This document shows positions 28,749 through 37,182 of a stretch of DNA of 64,000 nucleotides, in pieces. Location: the IMG/VR virus record IMGVR_UViG_3300020153_000001, positions 71,540 through 135,539 of that record; one strand, given 5' to 3'. Source of the stretch: a virus. A program made the translations under genes and the position numbers. The notes under the pieces are model-generated. The model was not told the DNA's origin, searched no databases, and saw nothing but the letters and a program-made list of their open reading frames with translations. Every line of letters begins with the position of its first letter. The first letter of the stretch is position 1.

Positions 28749-28842
28749 GCTGCTATCGTATGGGATTTAGCCGGCTCCGGGCTAACTCTCATAACCACGC
28801 AGGATTTACGCCGGGCTCGTGCCCGGCGTCAGGCATAGCAGC
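28749..28842 (-). ncRNA. retron-like msr-msd ncRNA, unit C
   Basis: 8-bp arms GCTGCTAT (28749-28756 / 28835-28842), branch G 28834, msr stem ACGCCGGGC/GCCCGGCGT, msd hairpin 28759-28793; extra 11-bp outer stem 28729-28739 / 28859-28869. Confidence 0.72.
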
Positions 28843-28920
28843 TGCGTTGTAAACAATTCGTCCGCCCTGTAGCTTATATATCAAAGCAACCTCGCATTAA
28901 ACAGAGGATTAGTTGCTAAT

Positions 28921-28954
28921 AAAAAACGCCAGCGGGGTTTTATGGCCGCTGGCG
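28921..28954 (-). terminator. intrinsic terminator between ncRNA units D and C
   Basis: CGCCAGCGG/CCGCTGGCG stem followed by TTTTTT on the minus strand. Confidence 0.65.
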
Positions 28955-28983
28955 ACTGACCAGCGTCAGGCTGGTCAGATTGT

Positions 28984-29124
28984 GCCGACATCGCTGCGAA
29001 AACTTCCTTACGAGGCGATGGCCGAGACGTTCACCCGTCGAGGCCGAGCCGAGTGAGCCGAAGTTTTACCAGCCATCCACCTTGGTTTTCGCCGGTCGGT
29101 TAAACCGGCGTCAAGCATGTCGGC
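28984..29124 (-). ncRNA. retron-like msr-msd ncRNA, unit D
   Basis: 8-bp arms GCCGACAT (28984-28991 / 29117-29124), branch G 29116, msr stem CGCCGGT/ACCGGCG, msd stem AAAACTTC/GAAGTTTT (28999-29067). Confidence 0.72.
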
Positions 29125-29224
29125 TTTTCGGCCTAAAAGGCCGATAGATAAAAAAACAAATGGAGACCATTAAATTGGTCCCCAATATTAAATGCCGGTG
29201 TTTTCAAAAAATATTCAGGGATAA

Positions 29225-29833
29225 CTAAGTCTCCGGCCGCTTAAATACAGCATCGACGTTTTTTAGACTCCAAACACCCCTCTTGTTTTTACGAGCCTGT
29301 TCCTCTTCGCTTTTCCACCATTTGCCCGTGCATCTAGCTAACCCTTCTTTTACCAATTGCTGCTGCACGCACTGGCCATATTCGTTATACACGACACCGC
29401 AGTCGTCCGGTTCTCCTTTGATTTGCTTTACGAATATACGCTGTCCAGCCACAAGTTTATTGAGTGCCCGCCTTGCTTCGTCGCCAAACGGAGCTTCAAT
29501 AGCCGGTGTTTCAATACCGGAGAGGTATATTCTGTCGCGCAATAGTATGGCTCTTTTGATAAGAATTGTTCTCCCGTTTACAGCCCTGATAGCGTCGACA
29601 TAATATTCATTTACGAAAACGTCGTCTGAACTATCGGGCGCGCAGCTAAAGCTTAGTATGGAAAGGCTTATCGCTATTGCGGTTGCAGTACTAAATCCGA
29701 TGACGAATTCAGGATGTTCGTTGACCATATATTTCATACCCTCATAAATGCAATTAAAAAACAGAGCCAATAAGCTAAATAACGTCCTTAGTATGGATAG
29801 CAGAATGCTGAGAATGGACTGCACTATCGTCAT
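29225..29833 (-). CDS. membrane-anchored thermonuclease (SNase)-fold protein, degenerate active site
   Basis: VNGRTI...IYLSGIETP...FGDEARRAL...LVKEGLA...EEQARKNKRGVWS; hydrophobic N-terminus. Confidence 0.75.
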   Translation of the reverse strand: MTIVQSILSILLSILRTLFSLLALFFNCIYEGMKYMVNEHPEFVIGFSTATAIAISLSILSFSCAPDSSDDVFVNEYYVDAIRAVNGRTILIKRAILLRDRIYLSGIETPAIEAPFGDEARRALNKLVAGQRIFVKQIKGEPDDCGVVYNEYGQCVQQQLVKEGLARCTGKWWKSEEEQARKNKRGVWSLKNVDAVFKRPET

Positions 29834-29839
29834 TTGGTT

Positions 29840-30082
29840 TTACCTCTTTTTTATGATCTTATAGACCGGCACTAAAGTGCTCTTGCCGGTTATATCGTAT
29901 CCTCGTCTGAAGCTAACTTTAACTAGACCGCGTTCATACAGCCGACGAAGCCGTCTTTGAACTGTAGTGATAGACAGGCCCGTCTTTTCGGCGATCTCTC
30001 TAGACGACATACCATCGATAGCATTTTCTATACGACGCAGCTCAGAAACGACTTCATTGATAGTTATTTTATCGTTTGACAT
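29840..30082 (-). CDS. winged HTH DNA-binding protein
   Basis: MSSREIAEKTGLSITTVQRRLRRLYERGLV. Confidence 0.8.
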   Translation of the reverse strand: MSNDKITINEVVSELRRIENAIDGMSSREIAEKTGLSITTVQRRLRRLYERGLVKVSFRRGYDITGKSTLVPVYKIIKKR

Positions 30083-30941
30083 ATACGACCTCCGGACGCT
30101 CGTGCTCTATATTACGAATAAACGCTTGTGTAAACAGGGTTGCCTTATGCCAACGGATTACTATACCTCCTATTTGTGGCAGCGCTTGTCTAGCGCCTGG
30201 TATTTTATAAGCGAAAGGCGTCTTAAGTTGCCAGCCTGGTGTTGTCACAACTGTAGTAAGACCTGACGCTGTATAGCACCGCACTTCCATGTGTCTGTGT
30301 CTATGGCTTCTTACGATCATGTCCGGGTGTCGCGAACCCCATCTTGTACATTCGACAAAGGACTCAGAGAGTTCCTTCATTAGTGCGGTGCTCTCATAGT
30401 GCATCGATCCTGTTACTGAGATATGATGGGCAAAATGCGCTAAACCGCCTCCTATTTCTAATAATAAGTCATATCTCGACGATTTGCCGTCCCTATTTTT
30501 TACAGTTCCTAGCTTACGGGCCAGTAGCTCTTCATATTCCGCGCTTGGACCTACGTGTGCCTCTGTACCACGAACGAGAAATATACGACCGTCGCATTTT
30601 TCCGCAATAGGCGCCAATACCTCGTATGCGATCTTTATCTGATCCGCTAAGTTATGCGTAATCTGCGTTACAGATCTATGATGAACGCCATCTATTGTAT
30701 CGCCGTTTATTACAACACAATAGTCTTCGTCGCCTAGTACGGAAGGAACCCAGCCGTTCCAAAACTCTTGCCACCAAGCCCAAAGCTTCTTTTGCAGTTC
30801 AGATGGCGAATAGTAGCCGCCCTCGTCGAGCGTCACGCCCTTGTCAGGACAAAGCCCTAACTGACATCCACAATGTAGATCCGAGACAACAACGCACGCC
30901 TCAATCTTCTTTCTCCCGGTCGTTCTTCTGCTCTGACTCAT
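30069..30941 (-). CDS. calcineurin-like metallophosphoesterase
   Basis: VSDLHCG, INGDTIDG, GTEAH, HFAHH and RSHRH motifs; start reassigned to MSQSRR. Confidence 0.8.
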   Translation of the reverse strand: MSQSRRTTGRKKIEACVVVSDLHCGCQLGLCPDKGVTLDEGGYYSPSELQKKLWAWWQEFWNGWVPSVLGDEDYCVVINGDTIDGVHHRSVTQITHNLADQIKIAYEVLAPIAEKCDGRIFLVRGTEAHVGPSAEYEELLARKLGTVKNRDGKSSRYDLLLEIGGGLAHFAHHISVTGSMHYESTALMKELSESFVECTRWGSRHPDMIVRSHRHRHMEVRCYTASGLTTVVTTPGWQLKTPFAYKIPGARQALPQIGGIVIRWHKATLFTQAFIRNIEHERPEVVYVKR

Positions 30942-31326
30942 ACAGCGACCTCGTAGGAGCCCTGATATTAACTGCAAATACGTTTTTAAGAAGCATCGAC
31001 GCAACACCGTAACACGCTATCAGCACGGCACTGAAAAACTGAGACGATGGGAATAACGACGACACGGCGGTCAGTACGGCAATAACCATCAATATAGCAC
31101 CATTAATAATATATTTATTCCTCCAGATAGGGCCTTCGTCTTCCTTTTTAGCCTGATACCACCCATGTCTCCATGACCAATATTCCGGCGTACCAAATTT
31201 ATATGGATTGTCTTCTTCTCCTATCTTTTCTCGATAAGAAAAGAAACCCTCCATAAACGGTTGGGACGTCTGCAAAGTCTTATGAAGATTTTTTGCGCTT
31301 ACGAGCTCGAACTTTTTTATCTCCAT
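30901..31326 (-). CDS. membrane protein with an Rmf-like N-terminal motif
   Basis: EG....G...NPY......W..GW motif followed by two hydrophobic helices. Confidence 0.45.
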   Translation of the reverse strand: MEIKKFELVSAKNLHKTLQTSQPFMEGFFSYREKIGEEDNPYKFGTPEYWSWRHGWYQAKKEDEGPIWRNKYIINGAILMVIAVLTAVSSLFPSSQFFSAVLIACYGVASMLLKNVFAVNIRAPTRSLYESEQKNDREKED

Positions 31327-32095
31327 TCTGTTCGCCCTTAGCGCTAAAAGTGGTCACTCGGATGGCCCAAGCGTCGACACCATATCGTGTATTGAAGTAG
31401 GTTTCTGGAATGTAGCAAATGCCGCCTTTGCCCCACCTTTCGCTCCACGAATTCTGCGTCTCGACCCACCAACGGTCTCTATATTTCTTTAAACCAACTC
31501 CAAGCATTGCATGAAGCCCGACAACGTTACTAACTCGCTCTGGTACGAATCCGTCTTTGGTTACACTTTCAACAAATCCTCTCGTAACAGGTATCCCGAA
31601 AGACACGGCAAACCCGGATAGTATCGCAGAGCAAATTTCGTCGAAGCTTGTACAATCATAGCTCTCAGTTATACGATACTTTTTCGCTTCTTCTTTCCAG
31701 TTTCTAGGCCATCGGCTAGGTCGCCACTCATAGTGCGATATAAGCGATACAGGGCAGCAGCCGACGTTGGTGAGCGCCGTAATAGACCTGTCAAGCGTCG
31801 ATCCGCCATCGACGCCACCGTTGATTTGGCCATACAAGCTACCTATGGACAGTTCAACGTCGCTCAAACCTGTCTGTATCCGACACAGCATAACAGCAGC
31901 AACACCTGACGCGGCCACACAGCTTCCTTGACCGTCTTGGTCTAGGATTCGCGGGATATAGTGCGACAAAGAAAAGTCATGCCACTGGTCACGAGGGATA
32001 ACTGGCATGACCTCAGAGTAGATAGGACTTACTTCGCCGTAGGCAACGGTACGAGGCAATAAGCCAAAATGAAAGCCTTTATAGCTATCAGCCAT
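31280..32095 (-). CDS. papain-like (C1) cysteine peptidase
   Basis: DQDGQGSCVA (catalytic Cys), GLHAMLGVG (His), QNSWSERWGKGG (Asn). Confidence 0.88.
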   Translation of the reverse strand: MADSYKGFHFGLLPRTVAYGEVSPIYSEVMPVIPRDQWHDFSLSHYIPRILDQDGQGSCVAASGVAAVMLCRIQTGLSDVELSIGSLYGQINGGVDGGSTLDRSITALTNVGCCPVSLISHYEWRPSRWPRNWKEEAKKYRITESYDCTSFDEICSAILSGFAVSFGIPVTRGFVESVTKDGFVPERVSNVVGLHAMLGVGLKKYRDRWWVETQNSWSERWGKGGICYIPETYFNTRYGVDAWAIRVTTFSAKGEQNGDKKVRARKRKKSS

Positions 32096-32106
32096 ATTTT
32101 ACTCCT

Positions 32107-33129
32107 TTACCATCCGATATAGTAACGAGGAGTCGGACAATATCCACCTGGACACGACTGTGGTACAACCGGCCAGGGACTGTTTTGTATGACAGGAGCC
32201 GTAGACCAGCGGACGCTCGTATCTTTCTTCTCCTGCTGCGTCGTTGGCATATCCTTGACCCTGCTCTTTATACTATCGAAATCGTCGTTTCCTATCTTCG
32301 TGAGCACCCTTAAAAGATCATCTGACGTTCTAGGAAGCGGAAATTCGTGTAGACGCGTACCTTTTTCCGAGATTACAAACACATACGGCAGTCCTCGCCG
32401 AATTGCAAGATTAATCCACTCAATGTACTCCTTGGGCGGCGTGTTGCTCGGAGTAACGATATCCTTGTCTATTTTGAAAAACGCCCAGTTCTTAGACTTA
32501 ACATATCTGTCGACTTCGCGCGAGAAGATAACCGACGCTAACTGGGGGGTACGTTTGCTGCTTTCCTCTACTATAATCACACCCCATACTTTTTCGACTA
32601 TAGGCTTAGGCTCAGGTTTCGGTTCTGGCTTTGGTTCAGGTTTTGGCTCAGGTTTAGGTTCTGGCTCAGGTTTTGGCTCAGGTTTCGGTTCTGGCTTTGG
32701 TTCAGGTTTGGGTTCTGGTCCTGGCGGCACCGACACTTCAATAGGCCATTCAGCGTATCCGACGAGCTTGCCGGTATTGACAGTTAACCAAACGAGATAC
32801 TTCGACGGATTATCCGCAGTAAAGAATATAAACGGTTTCGAGTCCCACGATATGGCAGGAACTATCTTTACATTATCGCGCGGCCACACATAAACTTTCG
32901 CCGAATTGAGAACTTCAAGCGGCAAACCAGAAATTGTGAGAATAGCCACTTCTCCATACGTTACTTCGTTCGGGCCACTAAATGAGACGTTTAGTTCTTC
33001 AGGCGGGGCAGGGGGCATTGGTGGTTCGTCCTTTCCGCAACCGAGAATCGGAATCAACAAAATCGTAGCAATAGCGAAAACGCGTTTCATAAGCACACTC
33101 CGGGCGAATGAAAGGGAAGGTCTATTCAT
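32107..33129 (-). CDS. lipoprotein with a (PEPK)n linker
   Basis: Signal peptide with lipobox ILG-C; Pro/Glu/Lys repeat; C-terminal SCPGGYCP tail. Confidence 0.7.
   Translation of the reverse strand: MNRPSLSFARSVLMKRVFAIATILLIPILGCGKDEPPMPPAPPEELNVSFSGPNEVTYGEVAILTISGLPLEVLNSAKVYVWPRDNVKIVPAISWDSKPFIFFTADNPSKYLVWLTVNTGKLVGYAEWPIEVSVPPGPEPKPEPKPEPKPEPKPEPEPKPEPKPEPKPEPKPEPKPIVEKVWGVIIVEESSKRTPQLASVIFSREVDRYVKSKNWAFFKIDKDIVTPSNTPPKEYIEWINLAIRRGLPYVFVISEKGTRLHEFPLPRTSDDLLRVLTKIGNDDFDSIKSRVKDMPTTQQEKKDTSVRWSTAPVIQNSPWPVVPQSCPGGYCPTPRYYIGW
32602..32722 (-). repeat. 12-bp degenerate coding tandem repeat (PEPK)n
   Basis: About 10 synonymously varied units. Confidence 0.85.
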
Positions 33130-33158
33130 AATTCATTATAGCCTATACCTTACCGAGC

Positions 33159-35411
33159 TCAAGATATAACAGCTCGCAAAATCCCGGCAAGCATGCCGCT
33201 CTGTTGTAGTTTTTCCCTGAATGCTGGGCTCAATGCGAGTATGGCACCGGCAAGCGTACCAATTTTATGTCCGATTATGGCTCCAAGGCCCGCCTTTAGA
33301 GCTGTATATGCAATCTCTCCCGGAGTTACAGAGTTTCGCCCAGCAGCTAATGCTGTAGCATATACCGGTCCGGCCATGATTGCCTTTTCTATGCTGTCTA
33401 AATATCGATCACGTAGTATAACGTCCCGCCAATGCGGCTCGTTAACAACGTAGGTCGGTACAGAGACGACCGGCTCCTTCGTCTTATCGTTAATCGGCGT
33501 AAACGGTGGATATTGAATCGTTAAATCCTGCCCCTTCTTCACCGGCCATGGTTCTAGGAAGCTTTCTAGGCCCTTTCCCTGATACATCCTGGAAAATCCG
33601 GCAAGGAGACCCGGCAGTGCCCCTAGCACACCGCCGAGCAGCGCTAGCCTGACTACTAGTTTGTTTGTGTCTACTGGTTTGCCGCGCTCTAACAGGTTCA
33701 TAAGACCTGCCGCGGCAAGTGCCCCTATAGCACTAAGACCCGCAGCCAGCGCTCCACCGGCTAAACTCATAGATAGCGGCGTCGGCCCCCCAATCGGTTG
33801 GGTCATGGCTTCCATTGTATCATATACCCAGCCAAGGGGCGACCACTCGTTGCCTGCGACCTTTAATATACCTCCTTCTTCCGTTTGGACGTATAGCCTA
33901 TTTTCCTTTATAGCACGGGCGGCTTCGTCCTTATATTTATCAAACAGCCGCCTCACTTCATCGAACACATTAAGCCACTTATCGCGCTCGTTTGGGTCAT
34001 CGACGATATTAAGATAAGCAACTTTTATCCTCGGCGGCGGGCTTGCTGGCGGCACGACAACTTGCGGCTTATCTTCGTCGATGGCGATAAATACTGGTGC
34101 TCGCAGCGCTCCGGTTGGGAACTGCCCCTGTGCCTTCACTCTGGCAACTCTACCTATATACTGATCTTTATTTTTCCACATATCTTCTCTGAATTCATCG
34201 CTAAATCCGGTTCCAACATATCCAGCAATGGGACCATCCGGCTCAAACGAATAATAAAATCCGCCAGCAGCTTTATCTTTATACTTACCTTCGCCCGGGG
34301 TTATACCGCGAATGTAGACGTTGAACTCCTCGACAAGCTTGGCTTTCATTGGCTCTTTGCCAGCCGGACGCAATATGACGCCTTCCTCTGTCCTTGGATG
34401 CTCTCCTTTCAGTATAGAATTCCACAGCTTTCTTGCTGACTCGGAAGTCGCTGCGGTTTGTACTATGTCGAACGTATCTTTCGGCAGGTATGGCAGTACC
34501 TGTTCTTGTAATATTTTTAGTCGTTCTTGGTATTCTTTGTCTGCTATTGGTTTACCCCCGATCCGAACTATGTCAAAAAGACTTACTTTTAGCTTTGTGC
34601 CGGTCTCTAGCTGCTTTATAAGGCTTTTTGCAATAACGGAATTGAGGAATGACCCTAACTCTTGTGGAGGTATTGCTTTACCTTCTCTTTCGCCCCATAT
34701 TTCGCCGCCAAGTATAGAGTTTCTTATATCTGGAGGAAGTTCGATTTTCGGTCTGCCTCTGAGTATGCGCTCTGTATGAACTATCGGACGACCTGTCACA
34801 GATTTTCTAACGCTGTAAACTTCCACCGCGTCTTTAAGGAGCTTAATGATGCCGTGCGCACCGTCAATTTTCTCCTGAAGCGTGTCGCCATTTTTCATTT
34901 TGTTAATGAATTCTTCGACCTTCTCCGGGTCTACAGACTTCATCCTTGGCTTTTCGTATTCAGGATATTCCGATGGCGTATTGTTAATAAGGTACCATCT
35001 TCGCCAGTCTTTTTTATCTCTAACGATAGTAAATCTTGATGGTAGACGTTGCTCGGCGGTTGTAAAGCTAATGGATTCTGGCGTTACATTTGTTATGAGG
35101 ACTTGTGTTTCTAGTACCTTCTTGACATTACCAGCCCCGTAGCCGGACCGTATTCTCCCGCCGTAGTCTTTATAATCGTAGTCATGCAGCGGCTGTTGGA
35201 TCGCAAGTATCTTGTCTCCTGTATCGGGTAAAAACTTACGAGCAGACCAAGAGAGTAGACCAAGATCCGGAGTACCAATACGGATATCATAGTGCTTACC
35301 CGCTCGCAAAGCGTCGTGTTCTTGTATCACGAGCGTGACAAGCTGCCCGGGTTTGAGAGCGGTGAAGTTACCAAACCTAGACTTGTCTTGTATTCCGGGA
35401 GCAAAAGCCAT
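33159..35411 (-). CDS. ATP-dependent DNA ligase with an N-terminal LigD-type 3'-phosphoesterase domain and a long C-terminal extension
   Basis: VIQEHDALRAGKHYDIRI (phosphoesterase), QEKIDG (KxDG), EGVIL, KAK, OB-fold VGTGFSD and LRAPVF; start at the ATG at 35411 after the palindrome. Confidence 0.85.
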   Translation of the reverse strand: MAFAPGIQDKSRFGNFTALKPGQLVTLVIQEHDALRAGKHYDIRIGTPDLGLLSWSARKFLPDTGDKILAIQQPLHDYDYKDYGGRIRSGYGAGNVKKVLETQVLITNVTPESISFTTAEQRLPSRFTIVRDKKDWRRWYLINNTPSEYPEYEKPRMKSVDPEKVEEFINKMKNGDTLQEKIDGAHGIIKLLKDAVEVYSVRKSVTGRPIVHTERILRGRPKIELPPDIRNSILGGEIWGEREGKAIPPQELGSFLNSVIAKSLIKQLETGTKLKVSLFDIVRIGGKPIADKEYQERLKILQEQVLPYLPKDTFDIVQTAATSESARKLWNSILKGEHPRTEEGVILRPAGKEPMKAKLVEEFNVYIRGITPGEGKYKDKAAGGFYYSFEPDGPIAGYVGTGFSDEFREDMWKNKDQYIGRVARVKAQGQFPTGALRAPVFIAIDEDKPQVVVPPASPPPRIKVAYLNIVDDPNERDKWLNVFDEVRRLFDKYKDEAARAIKENRLYVQTEEGGILKVAGNEWSPLGWVYDTMEAMTQPIGGPTPLSMSLAGGALAAGLSAIGALAAAGLMNLLERGKPVDTNKLVVRLALLGGVLGALPGLLAGFSRMYQGKGLESFLEPWPVKKGQDLTIQYPPFTPINDKTKEPVVSVPTYVVNEPHWRDVILRDRYLDSIEKAIMAGPVYATALAAGRNSVTPGEIAYTALKAGLGAIIGHKIGTLAGAILALSPAFREKLQQSGMLAGILRAVIS

Positions 35412-35431
35412 TTTTGACTCCGGAGTCAAAA
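35412..35431. repeat. 20-bp palindrome, copy 8 (the entire intergenic spacer)
   Basis: Minus strand reads TAG-TTTTGACTCCGGAGTCAAAA-ATG. Confidence 0.97.
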
Positions 35432-37180
35432 CTAGACAAACTGAGGCTTAGTTACCACCTCCATGAGGGGTTTGATACCCATCCTTTCTTCCGGGCCGCT
35501 TAACGTTGTTGCTATCGCGAGCAAAGCTTCCGGCAAATCTATCTTACCTCTTTCCTTCTGGTCTTTTGTTTTAGCGACCTGGGTTTTTCGCTCTGGCGAT
35601 ATTTTCGTAATTTTCTGGTTATCCTGCCCCTGTCCAGGTCGAGGCTCAACAGTTTCGGCAGGATAATAGTCCATCGTAGCGCCGAGTACACGCATTAAAG
35701 TATCCCACCAATTGGTGGGCGGATTCTCGGCAACGTCTTTTATGGCACTTATGAGTCTTATGCCGGTCTTATTTCGTCCAAGAACTGGCGATTGCGGTCT
35801 TTCCATGTTCTCCCTAACAAGCTTATCAACCTCTACAAATAAGTTGGGATCATAACGTCTAATAATTTGTTCCGCCTCTGGGTATGTATACCCTATAAGT
35901 CCAGCAAAGTTCGCCGCGGCCGCCATTCTCGCGAGGCCGGGCGAGACGCCACCACGTATAAGCCCGGCTGCTAGCATACTCACATTGCGTTCAAACTCCA
36001 TTAACTGGGCGCCTCTCAGCGCGTGTTGTACTCTCTGATCGTTAAAGTACGGCTTGTACAGATTTGGACTTTGTAGAAGTATCAAAGCGTCTTGCGCCGA
36101 CAGCCCGCTCTGTACTAGTAATGTATACGCCTGGTTGGCGTTAAATATTGGAATAGGCCGACCGGACAGAATCTGCTGAGCAGCAGCATATCCCGGCGAA
36201 CCAGGACGTAACTTTCCTTCGCTATATGCAAATACAAGGGCGCCGTACCATCTACCGCCCATAGAGTTTATAGCATGAACTATTCTTTCGGCATCTTTTT
36301 TTAGCGCTTCATCCGCGGCAAGCTGACCAGCCCCGGCAGGGGCGAATATCGCCCTGAGCCTATTTACTGTGAACCGTAAACGCTCTACCTGCTCGGCCGT
36401 AGCACCGCCTACCTTTTCTGGCGCAAGACTGGGAATCAGCGATTGGTACGCTACAACTGCGTCGCTAATATCGACGCTTTGACCGAGATCTTCCAGCAAT
36501 AGAGCAGTTTTTACTACTGCAGGACCGTGTCTGTTTATGTCTCTTATAATCTCGTCAAAGCCGGCGTTATATTTAATAAGACCCATCGTCATCATGTGGT
36601 ATACCATTTCGCCGTATGCGCCGGCCGGCATACCGCCTGTCTTGGCTATAAATTCGTGGCTCTTCAGGTCAGCATTGGCATATATGTTCTTGGCTATGTA
36701 GTCGGCTACATCTCTAAACAATAGTCTTCCAGACGGCCCTTTCCACGAAAGAGATGGGTCAAACTTCTGGAAAGCTGCCCCAACATAGTCGTATAGTTGG
36801 GTCAAGCTTCCCGTAGGCGCTAACAAATAGTCTAATGCCTCCGGGAAAAACAAATTTATGTAGTACACAATATCATAAATTAGCTTTCTGGTGTCATCCG
36901 GCGCGACACCGACATCTGGAAATCCAAACCACTTTGCGACTGAATTTACAATACGGTCAACCTCCTTTTTCTCGAGCTCTGCTACTTCACCTCTTTCTGC
37001 AAGCCTTTTCCTAAACGCGGTAAGATCTCTTTTTGCGGCAGCGCTACGAGGCACTAAGCCCATCTGATGCATGTACATGAGGGCGAACATTTTAAGAAGC
37101 GACCAGACCGCCTCAAGCGCGCTTGGCCCTTCTTCGGCCGTTTGCTGTTGAAATTGCTGTCCGACAGGAACTCTGGTCAT
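35432..37180 (-). CDS. hypothetical protein (582 aa), possibly virion
   Basis: Long ORF in the structural region. Confidence 0.65.
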   Translation of the reverse strand: MTRVPVGQQFQQQTAEEGPSALEAVWSLLKMFALMYMHQMGLVPRSAAAKRDLTAFRKRLAERGEVAELEKKEVDRIVNSVAKWFGFPDVGVAPDDTRKLIYDIVYYINLFFPEALDYLLAPTGSLTQLYDYVGAAFQKFDPSLSWKGPSGRLLFRDVADYIAKNIYANADLKSHEFIAKTGGMPAGAYGEMVYHMMTMGLIKYNAGFDEIIRDINRHGPAVVKTALLLEDLGQSVDISDAVVAYQSLIPSLAPEKVGGATAEQVERLRFTVNRLRAIFAPAGAGQLAADEALKKDAERIVHAINSMGGRWYGALVFAYSEGKLRPGSPGYAAAQQILSGRPIPIFNANQAYTLLVQSGLSAQDALILLQSPNLYKPYFNDQRVQHALRGAQLMEFERNVSMLAAGLIRGGVSPGLARMAAAANFAGLIGYTYPEAEQIIRRYDPNLFVEVDKLVRENMERPQSPVLGRNKTGIRLISAIKDVAENPPTNWWDTLMRVLGATMDYYPAETVEPRPGQGQDNQKITKISPERKTQVAKTKDQKERGKIDLPEALLAIATTLSGPEERMGIKPLMEVVTKPQFV

Positions 37181-37182
37181 GG

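Noticed and set aside
27175-29124. RT as a group II intron
   Set aside because: It is only 321 aa, has no maturase X or endonuclease domain, shows no recognisable domain V/VI, and does not interrupt a gene.
32189-32893. 234-aa plus-strand ORF and many other short antisense ORFs
   Set aside because: They are antisense to well-supported minus-strand genes (here a shadow of the PEPK repeat) and have no independent motifs.
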